A stretch of DNA of 63,931 bases, taken from Octopus bimaculoides (lineage: Eukaryota). A program made the translations under genes and the position numbers. The notes beneath the pieces are model-generated. The model was not told the origin of the DNA. It saw nothing but the letters and a program-made list of their open reading frames with translations, and ran no database searches. Positions 29,178 through 44,200 of the stretch are shown piece after piece (within the stretch, counting starts at the first letter, position 1; each line of letters starts with the position of its first letter). The stretch is from NCBI RefSeq assembly GCF_001194135.2, contig NC_068991.1, forward strand, positions 54,588,854-54,652,784, given 5' to 3'.

Positions 29178-32100
29178 TGTGTGCGTGCGTGCGTGCGTGC
29201 GTGCGCGCGTATGTGTGTGCGTGCGTGTGTGTTTGTGCATATATCTTTTTTATGTATTTGACCTGAACCATCAATCCTGTCAGAAATAGTTGCCAGATTT
29301 TCTAGGAATCTTACTTGGGATAGAGTAGCATCTTGATGCTAAAGCCTAACCTTCACATACCCTAATGTACCTCCATACATTACTATATGTCCATTTTCAT
29401 GTCCTTTCATCAATGCCAATAATTATTAACATACTTGATCTTTAATATCATCAGAACAGATAACCAGACATTCTAAATTGGAAGAACGTTAATTGTACTC
29501 TAATATTTCCAATCTGAATGGTTAAACTTCTTTCAGCTACTCACTTAGTAACTATATTTTAAAACTAATGCAATACCAAATTCTATATAATTTTCAGCTT
29601 CTCAAGAATCACAAACAAATTGTATTTCAATATTTTCTTGGATATGTTAACTTTATATTTTAATTAAATTCATTTAATTCATGATATAAAATCATAACTA
29701 GTTTAACAAAAAAATTACTAATTAACTCATAGCTTCAAATTAAATTACTTTTTCTATTAGATTGCTTTTCAAAAATTAAAAACGATAAAAGAATTTATGA
29801 CATAAATGGCATAAGTTAGTTCTATTTCTGATAAATAACATTTGAAAAGAAAAAGTATATTGTTTATTAAATACTTAACTTTCTAGGCAACAACAGCAGC
29901 ATCTTTATTATTTTCCCCCCAATATATTCAGTTTCTCATATTTTTCTTTAAGTTTGGCACACTGCACAACATATAAACTACTTAACCTCATACATTAAAA
30001 TTGTTAGATGAGAGTAGATCACTTTAGTTCAAAAACACTTCCTTATTTATTTATAAATACATGAGTATATCTGAGCACCTATGTTAATATTTGTGACTCT
30101 GCCATAAATATCATTTGTTGTCGCACAGCTTCAATGCCACATTATCACTATTTATCTATCTATATTCTTGCCATTGTTATTTTGTTTTGCTATTTATTGT
30201 ATGCCTTCCTTGTTGTATTACAACTTGCATATTTTATAATTATTCAAATTATTCATATCTAAATTAAAGCAGCACATTATGAGTCAAAATATTAAATAAT
30301 ACCAATATATATGTATTTTAGAGGAGATTCAAAAAGTGCAATACAATTTAAAATTTCAGTTTGTTACCATCATTTTGGTTTAATTACAATTCTATACATC
30401 ACATACTGTGTGAAAAGTAAATGTTTTTTGAAGTTGAAAATGTTTAGTTTATTACAATTGTTACAATTATTTTAGATTATCTTTTAATACGTTCCTCACC
30501 TTGAGTCTGTTTTCTATTTATTTGTTTGTATTTTCAAATACTCTTTTCCTGATTATTACTAGAAATGTAGGCTCTATGCTAAAACCCCTAATGTTCTTAG
30601 ACAACAATTTTTGAGGTTTAATTTTATTAACCATTGATTAATACTAAGTGTACATGAAAGGTACACACAACACAATTACACGTCTATCAATACTATATGC
30701 ATAAAGGCCTATACTGATACAAGAATAGATTACCAAAAATTTCAAATTTCTTTCAATTAAATGCTCCTTTGTCAATTAGTATTAATTAATCTATTCAATT
30801 AAGCTTCTATAATTAAGCTTCTATAATTTTAAAACGTGTATAAATAGTTTTGTAGCTTCCTCTTTAGATATAATTTGAAATCAAGGAATGCTGATTGATT
30901 GCATTATATATCTATTTATAGTATGATAATTCGTTGAAATATAGCTGGTAGTTGTGGTGTACTTACTAATAGAGAACAATATCTAAAACTGAGAACCTCA
31001 GTCTTCAAAACTCAAATACCAACCCCAGTTAAATTTTTAATTCTTCTCTTCAGGTTAAATAGAATGAGTTTTATTAAACCAACAAGGTTATACTTGTACC
31101 TATTTTAAAAGTTTGATATTATTAATTAATAATCTTCAAAAATATTAGCAACAAAATGTTTTTGAAGTTGATTTAATGTTTGCAACTACATGAAAGATTT
31201 TTGCATTTATCCTTGAAGGGTTAATAAATAAATACCAGTAATATATTGTAGTCGTTTATAACTTGTTCCTACAAATATGTAACTTATGCAAAATGTACAA
31301 AACAAAACTATTACTATTATCATTGGATGACAGAATCAAAAGTGTTGGACAAAACACCTATTGGTATAGTTACATCTTTTTAGAAATTTCAGCTGAAATC
31401 TTAACTCAAGAGTCAATAAAGTACCAGTGATATATAGGGACTCGATTCTATCTATTTTAACCTCTTCCTAAAAAAGACTGGTCTTGTACCAATATAAGAA
31501 ATTTTAACCATTATTATTACATTTATGTAGTTAGCTGGCAGAATCAGTTGTATGATGGACTAAATGCTTAGCAGCATTTAATCCAGCGTTACATTCTGTG
31601 TTCAGATACTTCCAAACTTGCTTCGTTTGTCATCCATTTGGGGTTAATAAAATAACTTCCAGTTGAGCACTGGGGTTGTTGAAATCAACTTATTCCAGCC
31701 CCTAAAACATTTGCTGACTTCATGCTGTAATTTGAAACCATTCTTATGTTCCAAAGAGTGGTGGATTGACAGAATCAGTAGAATATCGGATTAAAATGCC
31801 TTACATTCTTTATTCCAGTTCTATACATTATGAGTTCAAATTCCACTAAGGTCAACTTTACTTTTCATCCCACCTGGTTGAATAAAATAGAGTGCCTGTC
31901 AAATACTGGGCTCAATATAGTTTGACTGTCTGAGTATTTTCTCTCCCAAATTTCTGACCTTTGTATCTATGTATTATTATATTTTGAGATCAAAACCTGA
32001 GTTAATATTGTCTTTCATCTTTCCAGTGTTAATGAAATAAGTTCCTCTTGTAGCAGTAGTCATTTCAAGATGTATCTCAAACAACAACAACAACAATAAA

Positions 32101-32380
32101 TATCTTAGTCAATAATGATCATTTATCCACAACAATTTGTAATGTTATTCACATATAAGTTTTAAAACAAAATTTTTGCTTATAGAGTTCCTCTGTTTTT
32201 CTCTCTGGTAATTGGTTAGTTTAGTTTATTTTATAAATCCAAAGCTTTAAGAATATAAAATATTTTAAATTCCTTAATTGAAATACAAGTTCAAAATAAT
32301 AATTACATATACATATAGGCACACTATTACAATTATTTTTATTGCATGCATGTCAAAGGATAAAATTATGCTAAACAAAA

Positions 32381-32429
<49 letters not shown>

Positions 32430-33234
32430 TATAAGGACCTGGAAATTGAAATACAAAAGACATGGCATCTTAAAGTGAGAACTGTTCCTGTTATTGGTAT
32501 GATAAAAAAAAGGATGTCAGAAACATTTAGATAAGACCCCAGGGCAACCATGTCTCTGAGAAATCTAAAAGATTGTGCTGACAAGAACTGCCCACATCCT
32601 TAGAAAAACTCTATCCATTTAAATGTCTGTGTTGTATTACATGAAGATATTTCACTACTGCCCCTGCCACTTCCCCTTCCCAAACTTTCAGTCATACTGT
32701 AACATCTCTTATCCTTCACTTGCTCTAGGATGCTGAGTGTGTCTCAGCAAGTGAATGTAACAAACATGCAGATTAAAAGTAATAATAATAATAACAACTC
32801 TCTTTTGAACAGTGAGTCTCAAAGCTCATAAATCTATAAATAATAGACAACCTTTGAATTTTTCAATCCAAAAGAGTTTTTCAACCCAGTATTTACATGT
32901 TATTTTTTATAGCTTTATGTGTTTCAAGATCCACTGTTCCATTAAAAAATTATTTCACGTTCTCGCAAAAGTATGTAAATTCTTATAATACCATCATAAA
33001 CAACAATAACAATAATAATAATCCTTTCTATAATAGACTCAAGGCCTGAAATTTGGGGGAGGGGGATAGTCAATTACATTGACCCAGTATTCGACTGATA
33101 TTTATTTTATCGACCCAGAAAGGATGAAAAGCAAAGCTGACCTCAGCAGAATTTGAACTCAGAATGTAAACATGAACGAAATGCTGCTAAGCATTTTGTC
33201 TGGCATGCAAACAATTCTGCTGGTTCACCACCTA

Positions 33235-33276
<42 letters not shown>

Positions 33277-33292
33277 AATAATAATAATGATG

Positions 33293-33324
<32 letters not shown>

Positions 33325-33340
33325 AATAATAATAATGATG

Positions 33341-33394
<54 letters not shown>

Positions 33395-33602
33395 TATTCA
33401 GACAAATACATAACAAAAATAGCAGGACTTACAAATATATATAACATACAGAAAATTGCACTACTGGGTACTGCACACATCCTACGCAAAACACTTTCAA
33501 TACAGTAAACATAAGAGCACCACAGCAAACCACAGCACATACCCAAGGCGCACAGAGCTGCGCTCGGTAGTGAAGTGAAAGCACGTTATAAAAATAAAAC
33601 TA

Positions 33603-33663
<61 letters not shown>

Positions 33664-36600
33664 GCAGTAGCACAAATTATTAAATTGAAACTCATTAAAT
33701 GTTTATCATTTTGCATGTTATTTATTTTGGATTTTTGTTTGTTTTTAATTTGCTAAACTATATTTCATGTAGTTATATTTCTGAATGTTGACAGCTGTTT
33801 GTGCATTAACTCTGTCTCAAATTTTACTAAACCAGCTTTCCAATTGCTTTATGCAGTAAAGATTTTCTTGCTTTATAATTATTTTTGATTGCATACAATA
33901 TTAATTTATAGTGCATTTAGAAAAAATGTTAAATCTTGTATATAAAACTTACACAAGTATTAAGTTTCTCATAAAATCAAAGACATTTTATTGATAAAAC
34001 TATAAATTTATTAACCTATTTAAGCTAACGATATGCTAAGCGGCTACTTTATTATTTGTTACATCATTACTACTGAATAAAACGATTTATATTATTTTCT
34101 GTGATAAAGAAATATTTTGGCTAAATTTTCTTAAATGTAAGCAAGTTCAATATCTTTTTTGCAATAAAGAGGATGATTTTCCAGTGCCATATTCTCAGTA
34201 TTATTCCCTCTCACAATAAATCTTTGTTTCTTATTATTATTTCATTTCAAAGTCAATATTTTTAAGTGACATTTTATTGAGTTATTTTATTTCTAGATCA
34301 TCATTTATCTTCTGGAGGAAACAATAAACAGTTCAGAATATTAATAACCATCTTTTGTTTCAAATTTTCTGTTGTTCTTTGCTTTTTGTTTTAATGAAAT
34401 CTAATGTAATTTAAATTTTCTTTTATTTTTGTCCTTTCTGAAAATCTTTAGACATCGGCCTGTTCTTGGTGAATGCATTGGAGCTTTTGCTAGCTGCTTT
34501 CCTGTGGCATTTTTGGAACCTAAACTCAATACCTATAATAAATTTTCAGTAATGTATGGCATTAAAGGAAATATTGCTGAACATTCACTGGAAGCACAAG
34601 GTAGGTTTTCAGAACAATTTAACACACTTTCTTTATGAACAATTTTAAAATGCTTTCAGTCCATTAATGCTTTTTGGATTGCCATAGTCATCGACGTTGT
34701 TACATTTTTAGTTCTGTAAATATTCAATACAGAAATAACTGCAATGTAATTTTTGCATTTTTGATTGGTGCAAATTCTTCTTTACATCATTTTCTTTCTG
34801 ATTTCATTAAATGAGGCCATTGCTCTACAATAAAATTATGGTTTACAGTTTGATAAGTATGAAGATTTTAAAACTTATATTATCGTGTCTTAGAAATATA
34901 ATTAAACCTTCAGAGAGTTCAGCAAGACCCACTGGTGGTGTTTACCATATCTCTGCTCATCTAAATAAGCTCATCTTCATCAAACTTTTCAGTGTTTCTC
35001 TTTGCATAGGAATTTACACAAATCCACATAAATGGACATTCTCACACCCAAAATGGTCAAATACTGACCTATCAATCTTGCTTTCAATATTTCAATGATG
35101 AGAGAACACAGTCATAAATATACACCATTTTGTCATCTTCTCAGGGATCAACAATCACTTCAATCAGTTTACTTTCGATAAAATCATATTGGAGATCTGA
35201 TTTCCTCTGTCACATACACCAGTGATGTCCCAACCCTAATGGCCTTTGATAAAAGCAATATTCTTACCTTTCATCTCAACAAAACGTATGTCCATGTCAT
35301 GCATGAGAACTTTCTAAGCTTCCAATATTTGGGTTCCCTTTCTTTTTTTGTCTTTTAGATTGGAAGCTTCCTGTCTGATCTTTTCATTCCAATATGTATC
35401 TATAAGGTTCTTTCTTTCTTAGATGCTGTCACATCTGGTGTATTTTAGGGCTTGTGTATGTCTCCAGGTTATCCTAATGATATTCTCTCTATTACTTATA
35501 AATGCATACACTAGAAACTTGGATTGCCACAGTTGTTACTATCATTGGGATGGCAGAGATGAAAATTGTACACACATGCATACACTACCACATTTGTATA
35601 TAAAATGTCCACATACACACACAAGCATACGTATATACATGCACTAACACACATTACACGTTATAACAGTCATAGATTAAACACTGCTTTTGTATTTAAT
35701 AGTCTTTAACAATCATATTTTCTGCCTTAGTTGCCAACATTAACTATTTATTTATTCTGACTAAATAAAAAGTATTCGTAATTAATATTATTGATGCTTA
35801 TTTTCTTTATCCATCCTTCCATTTCCTTTGCCTGCTACTACAGGAAGGAATATGGGGGTAGAGTCCTCTGTAGAGTCTTATCAGAAACTACTGTCATTAC
35901 TCTCTTTACCTGGATTCTCAAGTGTGACAAGCTGAGACTATTGCAAAGTACTACTGGCTCTACCTGGAGAGTCTTCCTGATCTCTGACCTGTGCACCCTA
36001 TCAAGTAACATTCCTTCAAAGATCCTTTGGAGGAACCCCATTTTATTAACAGGAACAGAAAATAGAAGAGAACCCCAATGAAATTTAAACTTAGATTGTT
36101 TGATTATATACATACAATTGTTCATGTAATGCATTTTCAAATTATATAAATATACATACATTTATAATGAATACACATTTATGATATGTTTGTATTTAAT
36201 ATTATCCCCAACAGCTATATGTCATTGTCGTCTTATTCAAAAATGTATTTCTGTGTTCTAAAAAATGATGATGACATGTTTGCTAATTCTTCTAATAGTT
36301 TCCAATAATTCAAACATTTGTTCCTTTGTACATTGATTGATATAACTAAGATTTTAGCTTTTTCCTCTGTTGAGATCTCAGGGATTGGCATTTCATTTTA
36401 AGTAAATTATTTTATAATTTGTGAAATATGATCCCTTAATCTGTTCTTCAATAATCAGGAGAGGTATTGGAACATTTTCAAATTGTATTCATTAGTTCTT
36501 AATTGGTCTTCTGGTTCATGCATGTGTTTGCAGATGTCAGTTCATCAGAAGGTGAAGCTAAACCTGAAAAGGGGTCAGATGGTATGGTCTTCTCTATGCA

Positions 36601-39199
36601 CTTTTTCCTCTTCTCACTAATTAAGTCGATGGTTTCTAAAAGATAGAAACAAACATACTTTAAATATTTCATTTTCTTTCTCTTTACTAGAGAAACAAAA
36701 TGTTTGGAAATTTATTTCTAGAGTTTAGAGGTTTCAGGAATGAAAGAAAAGGAATTTGTGATTCTGAATAATAATTTGACTTTTTAGAAATCTATTTTTG
36801 CAAATAGATATCGTAGAGATAATTTTCTCATATATATATACACTTTATTTCTTTTTAAATACGTTATTTGGCTACAGTTTCAAAAACTTATCAATTACAT
36901 AATTCCCAGTTTTATTAAAGAAATAATCAAAGATGAAGTCTTATCATAAATTACATGACAAGTTTAGAAAATAGTTATAATGTATTGCAGACCAAACTAT
37001 TTTGGTTATAATTCAATAATAAACAGAGAACCACTTCCTGAGTTCCATAAAGAGAACCTAGTGAGAAATTACTATCTTTCATAGTTATATTCTTTCTATA
37101 AGATGAATCGTTTTAAAATTAAAACTTACAAATTGAGTTAATAAATCATAGATTTTAAATTGCTTCCAACTTCTTTCATTTCTTTCAAATTTATCTGCAA
37201 GGGAAAATGATGCAGAATTTTATATAAAACATCAAAGCCATCATAAGTCTTAACTAATTTACTTGTTCTTTAATCATTGACATTACTAATCCCCATTTCA
37301 TTTAATTGAACACATTTACTATTCAAACTGAATTTTGAACTTTCTGTCTTTTTCTATTTTTATTTCTTTATAATAAATTTTCAATTTTTCTTTTGATTTT
37401 GGTCCAAAGTTTCTGAAAGAAAAAAAAAACATTCTTTTTTTTTTCTTTTCTGTTTTCCCCATGTTTTCTCAAATAGAGACAAATATTGCATTAATTCAAT
37501 ATTTTTGTTTCCTAATTCACTGGTTAAATAATTCATTTAATTTAACTCATTATATTTTGCAGAATAAATAATCTTATTTAATATTCTATTTTTGTGAGGT
37601 TTTTTAACTTTCATATTAAAAGCAGGCATGGTGGAGTGGAAAACTACATTTTCTTTAATAATATACATACAATTAAATTTTATATTCCCATCTATCTTAT
37701 AGCTTTACTTCCTGTGGCCAGTTAACCTTTTGTTAGATACATAAGGATTTTTACATTATCTGTCTCATCTACATATGAAAAACAAAATCCCCCTCACCAT
37801 TTATGGTCGACAGCTAACCTACATACTGATTTACATGTCACAAGAGATCATTATTAACATATAAACTAGAAAATTCCATGTATCATTATTTTTCTTTCAG
37901 AATAAAAAAAATATCAAATTTGTTACTTTTTCTGAAAAACCTTTCCTAGCACTTGGTTCCTGCCATTCTTTGATGTTAATTCCTTTTAATTTATTCTTTA
38001 TATACATGTACATATGTGTAAATGTATAATTAAATATACTCAAGTATATATGTATTCATATACAGACTCATAAATATATATGTATATATATATNNNNNNN
38101 NNNATATATATACATGTATATACACATACATAAATGCATGCAAACATGCATGCATGCATGCATACATACATGCATACATAGATAGATAGATACATGCATA
38201 CATACATACATACATACATACATACATAATGTTTATGTTTAAATATACATGTATATCTATATTTTTGTGTGTATGTCCTTGCTTTGACATCATGAAAAGT
38301 TGTAAATGGGAGTCATCGTCACACAAGCAGTGTCTTTTGTTTCTGATCTTTTGTAAGAACATATCTAACCCTAGAACATAGCTATATCCAACCTCATCAC
38401 CATTATCCTTGTAATGTCTAATTTTGCTTGCTTGAATGGATCAGATGAAATCTGTTAAAGCAGATTTTTTATGGCCAGACACTCTTCATGTCACCAACTC
38501 TCAAATTGCATTCAACCTAGGTATTATTTCACCGTGGCTGGACATGTTTCCACAGGAAGACACTATTTGTATGATGGTGACAATCATTTCCAAATATAGT
38601 GTAATGTGGAGACAAGGAGACATAAACATACACACATCCATGCACAAAAGATATATGTGTGCATGTGTGTGCATGTAGCCAAAAGCTTCTTTTGGTTCCC
38701 ATCTACATGTATGTATGAATGTGAATATATATTTATATATGGAAGAACAACAACAGAGTTTACATTTATCTCTTGTTACTATATTTATTTACTTCTTGAG
38801 AATTGCTGTAAGTCTCTACACATTTAGAAGTTAATTAATTCCTGTATAAAAGATTCTGTAATAATAATTAGTCCTGATTTAAGCACAAGGCCAGCAATTT
38901 TTGAGGGGAGGGTCATAGTGGATGCCATCAATTTCAGTCTTGACTGGTACTTTATTTTATCAACCCCAAAAGGATGAAAGCCAAAGTTGACCTTGGTAGA
39001 ATTTGAATTCAGAATATAGAAGGACAGAAAAAATGCTGGCTTTGGACCTAAATCAGAAACAATAATAATGATAATATAATGTAATAACATAATATAATAT
39101 AATATAATATAATATAATATAATAAATAATAAATAATATAATATAATGAAATAATATAATATAATATAATAAATAATAAATATAATAAAAATAATAATG

Positions 39200-39242
<43 letters not shown>

Positions 39243-39821
39243 TAATAATATTAATAATGATAATAATGGTCACTCGCATCAATTTTGACATATGAATGCT
39301 TGAAGGAAAGGTTTTAAAAAAAATGAAAATAAAAGAAGCAGTATCTATTTGTGATGAATACATGAATGTAATTTAAGATCAGGTATGGATTTTGCTATGA
39401 AGTCACAATGGGGACAATGAGGATTTTGATTTTACCTGGGGTTGGCTTGAATGTGTTTGTTGATTGTAGGATATAATTCTTTCATTGTTCTCTTTCTTCA
39501 ACTCAAATTGTTTTGTCGCATCCTGACACATTTTAGCCCACTCAGATCGATTGAGGCAATAACTTTCCCCAGATGTTAAGTTAAGCTGCAATTAGTAGTA
39601 GTAGTAGTAGTCCTTTCTACTATAGCACAAAACCTGAAATTTTGGGGGAAGAGTAAGTCGATTACATCAACCCCAGTACTCAACTGGTACTTAATTTATC
39701 AACCCCAAAAGGATGAAAAGCAAAGTTGACCTTGGTGGAATTTGAACTCAGAATGTAGTGGCAGAAGAAATACTGCTGAGCATATTGCCCAGTGTGCTAA
39801 CAATTTTGCCAGCCTGCTGCC

Positions 39822-39886
<65 letters not shown>

Positions 39887-40278
39887 NNNNNNNNNNNNNN
39901 NNNNNNNNNNNNNNNNNNNNNNNNNNNNNNNNNNNNNNNNNNNNNNNNNNNNNNNNNNNNNNNNNNNNNNNNNNNNNNNNNNNNNNNNNNNNNNNNNNNN
40001 NNNNNNNNNNNNNNNNNNNNNNNNNNNNNNNNNNNNNNNNNNNNNNNNNNNNNNNNNNNNNNNNNNNNNNNNNNNNNNNNNNNNNNNNNNNNNNNNNNNN
40101 NNNNNNNNNNNNNNNNNNNNNNNNNNNNNNNNNNNNNNNNNNNNNNNNNNNNNNNNNNNNNNNNNNNNNNNNNNNNNNNNNNNNNNNNNNNNNNNNNNNN
40201 NNNNNNNNNNNNNNNNNNNNNNNNNNNNNNNNNNNNNNNNNNNNNNNNNNNNNNNNNNNNNNNNNNNNNNNNNNNNNN

Positions 40279-40376
<98 letters not shown>

Positions 40377-41243
40377 TGGTAGTAGTAGTTTTTTTTTTTT
40401 GTTCCATGAATTTTGAGTCATATTTTCAAAAATATTAAATATCAGATTGATGCAAAAATAATTGCAGGTTTTAACTATCAGTTTTAAAGCAATATAGGGA
40501 TCAAAATAACAACCATTACAGTCTATATATTTTTGCCAATGAAACATAAGGCTATTTATTCTGGTATAATTATGGAGTCCTGAAACTCATAAATTCTTTG
40601 AAGTTCTTTTGAGCTGCTGCTGGGTTTTTGGTGACCTTCAATCATGGTAAGCTATGGAAATGCTTGAAAATGCACAAACACAAACAATAAAATTGCTAAT
40701 TTGCTTTTTTTCTTCATATTTAATTTGACAAACTAAAATATATATATAAACAAATTGTGAAAGTAAAATCATTAGTATAAATTATTAGCCTAAATCATTA
40801 GCAAAAATCATTAGCATAAACCATTAGACCAAAATTTATACCAAATATATATATCTAAATAAAAGTTTATTCAAAAAATGTATCAATGTTTAAAATAACA
40901 AAAACTGCAATTCTTTATACATCAACCTAAGTTTAGTATTTTGTGCAACTGTGCAATACTCTGGAACTGGTAAAACTGAGTAGCTGCACAATATAAACTC
41001 ATCACCATCATCATCACTACCTCAATGACTACCACCATCATCTTAATAATAATGATAGTAATAATTATTTACATCATTTACATTTGACGGATATTTGTCC
41101 TCATCTTGTTTGTTGCTAACACAACATTTTGACTGATATACCCTCCAGCATTCACTATGCCATATGCCCATGGACATATAGCATAGTGGTTAAGAACGTG
41201 GGCTACTAACCCCAAGATTCCGAGTTCGATTCCAGGCAGTGAT

Positions 41244-41280
<37 letters not shown>

Positions 41281-44200
41281 TTGAAAAATACCTTAGGAAT
41301 GAGAACCCAGGTTCGAAACTTCCCCAAGACACCTGATGAAGGCTGGAGGGTATATCAGCCGAAACGTTGTATTAACAAAAAACAAGATGAGGACAAATAT
41401 CCATCAAATGTAAATAATGTAAATAATGTACATAATTCCTCATCTCTTAAATATAGAACTGGATAATAATAAAAATAAAAATAATAATAATAATAATNNN
41501 NNNNNNNNNNNNNNNNNNNNNNNNNNNNNNNNNNNNNNNNNNNNNNNNNNNNNNNNNNNNNNNNNNNNNNNNNNNNNNNNNNNNNNNNNNNNNNNNNNNN
41601 NNNNNNNNNNNNNNNNNNNNNNNNNNNNNNNNNNNNNNNNNNNNNNNNNNNNNNNNNNNNNNNNNNNNNNNNNNNNNNNNNNNNNNNNNNNNNNNNNNNN
41701 NNNNNNNNNNNNNNNNNNNNNNNNNNNNNNNNNNNNNNNNNNNNNNNNNNNNNNNNNNNNNNNNNNNNNNNNNNNNNNNNNNNNNNNNNNNNNNNNNNNN
41801 NNNNNNNNNNNNNNNNNNNNNNNNNNNNNNNNNNNNNNNNNNNNNNNNNNNNNNNNNNNNNNNNNNNNNNNNNNNNNNNNNNNNNNNNNNNNNNNNNNNN
41901 NNNNNNNNNNNNNNNNNNNNNNNNNNNNNNNNNNNNNNNNNNNNNNNNNNNNNNNNNNNNNNNNNNNNNNNNNNNNNNNNNNNNTATATGCCTTCAGATA
42001 TGTTAGAAATATATTTTATTCCAATAAAAGTCAAGAAATTTCTGAAGCATTATTGAAATATATCTTTTAAAAACAAATTTACTATATTTTATAATCAAAT
42101 ACATTCTGTAAAATGATTACAATCAAATAATTTAAATAGTTATTTTTCTAATTAACATTTTGTCAATTTATCAAAATATTTGTTTGTAAAATATTAGAAA
42201 TAATTAATATTACATATCATTTAATAAATATATTGGTAAAATAATAAGTGTATAAAATATATAGTAAGTATATGAAATGTATATAGTAAGTTTCCTACCA
42301 TAAAAAAAATCACTTTTAACATTTCCTCAGTTGGAAATTTTGATAAGAATAATATATGGCAAAAAAATATCTTGTAAAAGCTTTGTTAATAGAAATTTAA
42401 TTTTCAGTGTAAAAGCAATTTCAATTTTTTGAAGACAAGTATTTTCTCTGAAATATTCCTTCATGGTTTTCCCTTATGTGTTTCAGTCTTGTGCCAGATG
42501 TAATGAATCCAAGTGTAATTTATTATAATTATTTAAAATTCTGAATTACAAAACAATTGTATTGTTAATATTATTCACAGATGTGATGGACAGTTTATCT
42601 GAATGCGTGCCTGGCTTAGAGTCTATCATCACAGATATTGACAAACTTGCTGAATCTGGTGGGGATTGTCAAGATTCTCCACACATTATGGATGTCACTT
42701 TGCCAATGTTATGCAGGTAAGGTTCTTCACTGACAAATATCCATTTTTCACAGGTGAATTTTACCCTTAAAAATAAAGAAACTCAGAGCCATAACATAAA
42801 AAGAATCTCTCTCAAAACTTTGTCTTGGGGAGAATAACTTAATAATTATACCAAAAAGAAAAAACAACTTTTAATGTAAAATGTAAAGAAATATTGTTTC
42901 TTTAATTACTGTAGTTGTTATTGTTGCTATTTGACCATAAGCCAGTCCTATTCAAAGTAAAAAGTTATTGGCAGTCTTTGCATAGAAGGTTTAAAAAATA
43001 ATTATTTTTAATTAGGTTTTAAAATTTAAAATTTTAGAAAAAAGAAAAACATTAAGAAAACTATTATCTGCCTTGTATTATCAACTTTATATAAACCAGT
43101 TAATCATTTATGCACCTGTCAATGACATATTTTATTATTTTTATAGTTATTTACCATTCTGGTGGTCTCAAGGACCAGACAATGCTTCTTCTACAGATGG
43201 GTAAGTCAGTTATTGTCATTGTTTTGGTGTTTACTTTTACAAAGAGAAATAATATTGAATTCTTTGTTTTTCTAAAAAATTATTTTTCTTTAAATTTATC
43301 ATCATACTGTACATGATTGTTACTATTGTTATTGTTTAGATTAACTAACTTAGAGTAGCTTAGCAGTTCAGCAAAACAGACTGATAGAATAAATAAAAGT
43401 CTTTAAAAGATAAATGCTGGGGTTGATTTGTTCAACTAAACCTTTTAACCCTTTTGATACTGTATTTATTTTGAGATGTTCTGCGTTTCTTTCAATTACT
43501 TTAAATATAACAAAAAATTTAATAAAATAACTTAGTTATCATTCAGCTAGTGTTAGGAACATAAATTATGACTTAGGTTTGATGGAAGATTTTAATTCAA
43601 AACTCATGGAAACAAGATATTTGTACTCAGAACCAGAGCCTGTTTTAGCCAGGTTGGTAACAAAAGGGGGAAGACAGTACCCCCAGCATGGCTACTATTC
43701 AATGATTGAAACAAGTTAAAGATAAAAAATGAAAGATAATTTGATGAAATTTTTCCATGAATATCCTTATATTTATTTCCAGTCATTAAAATTCTGACAT
43801 TCTTCAGTTGTTTGTAAGATACTTTAGATAATGAATTTTCTTAAACTGGTGTAAAACCAAATTGTAAGTTAAATATTTCACTGAAACCTTAAAAGAAAAA
43901 CTTTTATGAGAAAATGGTGTGAAATAAAAGTGTTATTCATGCACTTGAAATTTTTGAAAAATCTTCCAATAATTTCTAGTACAAATATCAATTACAGGTA
44001 ATATCCAAGTCATTACTCATAAGTGTGTCTGAGGTTAGTTGTCAAAGTCCTTCTTTTAACTGATGTGCTATGGTTCTGAACTTTCTCATGTTCCTCTTCT
44101 CCTAGGCCCACCTGCTCCAGGCTTACTCAGATACAATGGCAGCTTTCCTTATAAGATAGTTGTCACTGTAGCAAGATCTCCTCAAGACTTTGAATCAATG

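Noticed and set aside
35844-35921. Apparent exon after a strong pyrimidine tract (78 nt with A|gtgtga donor) and long ORFs on both strands
   Set aside because: The block is an antisense RTE LINE remnant; the donor is weak and read-through hits TGA; at most a low-level exonisation
36691-36730. Strong acceptor downstream of the 48-nt cassette
   Set aside because: In-frame TAG and no phase-compatible donor
41171-41240. Possible tRNA gene
   Set aside because: Acceptor stem does not pair; it is the head of a repeat element
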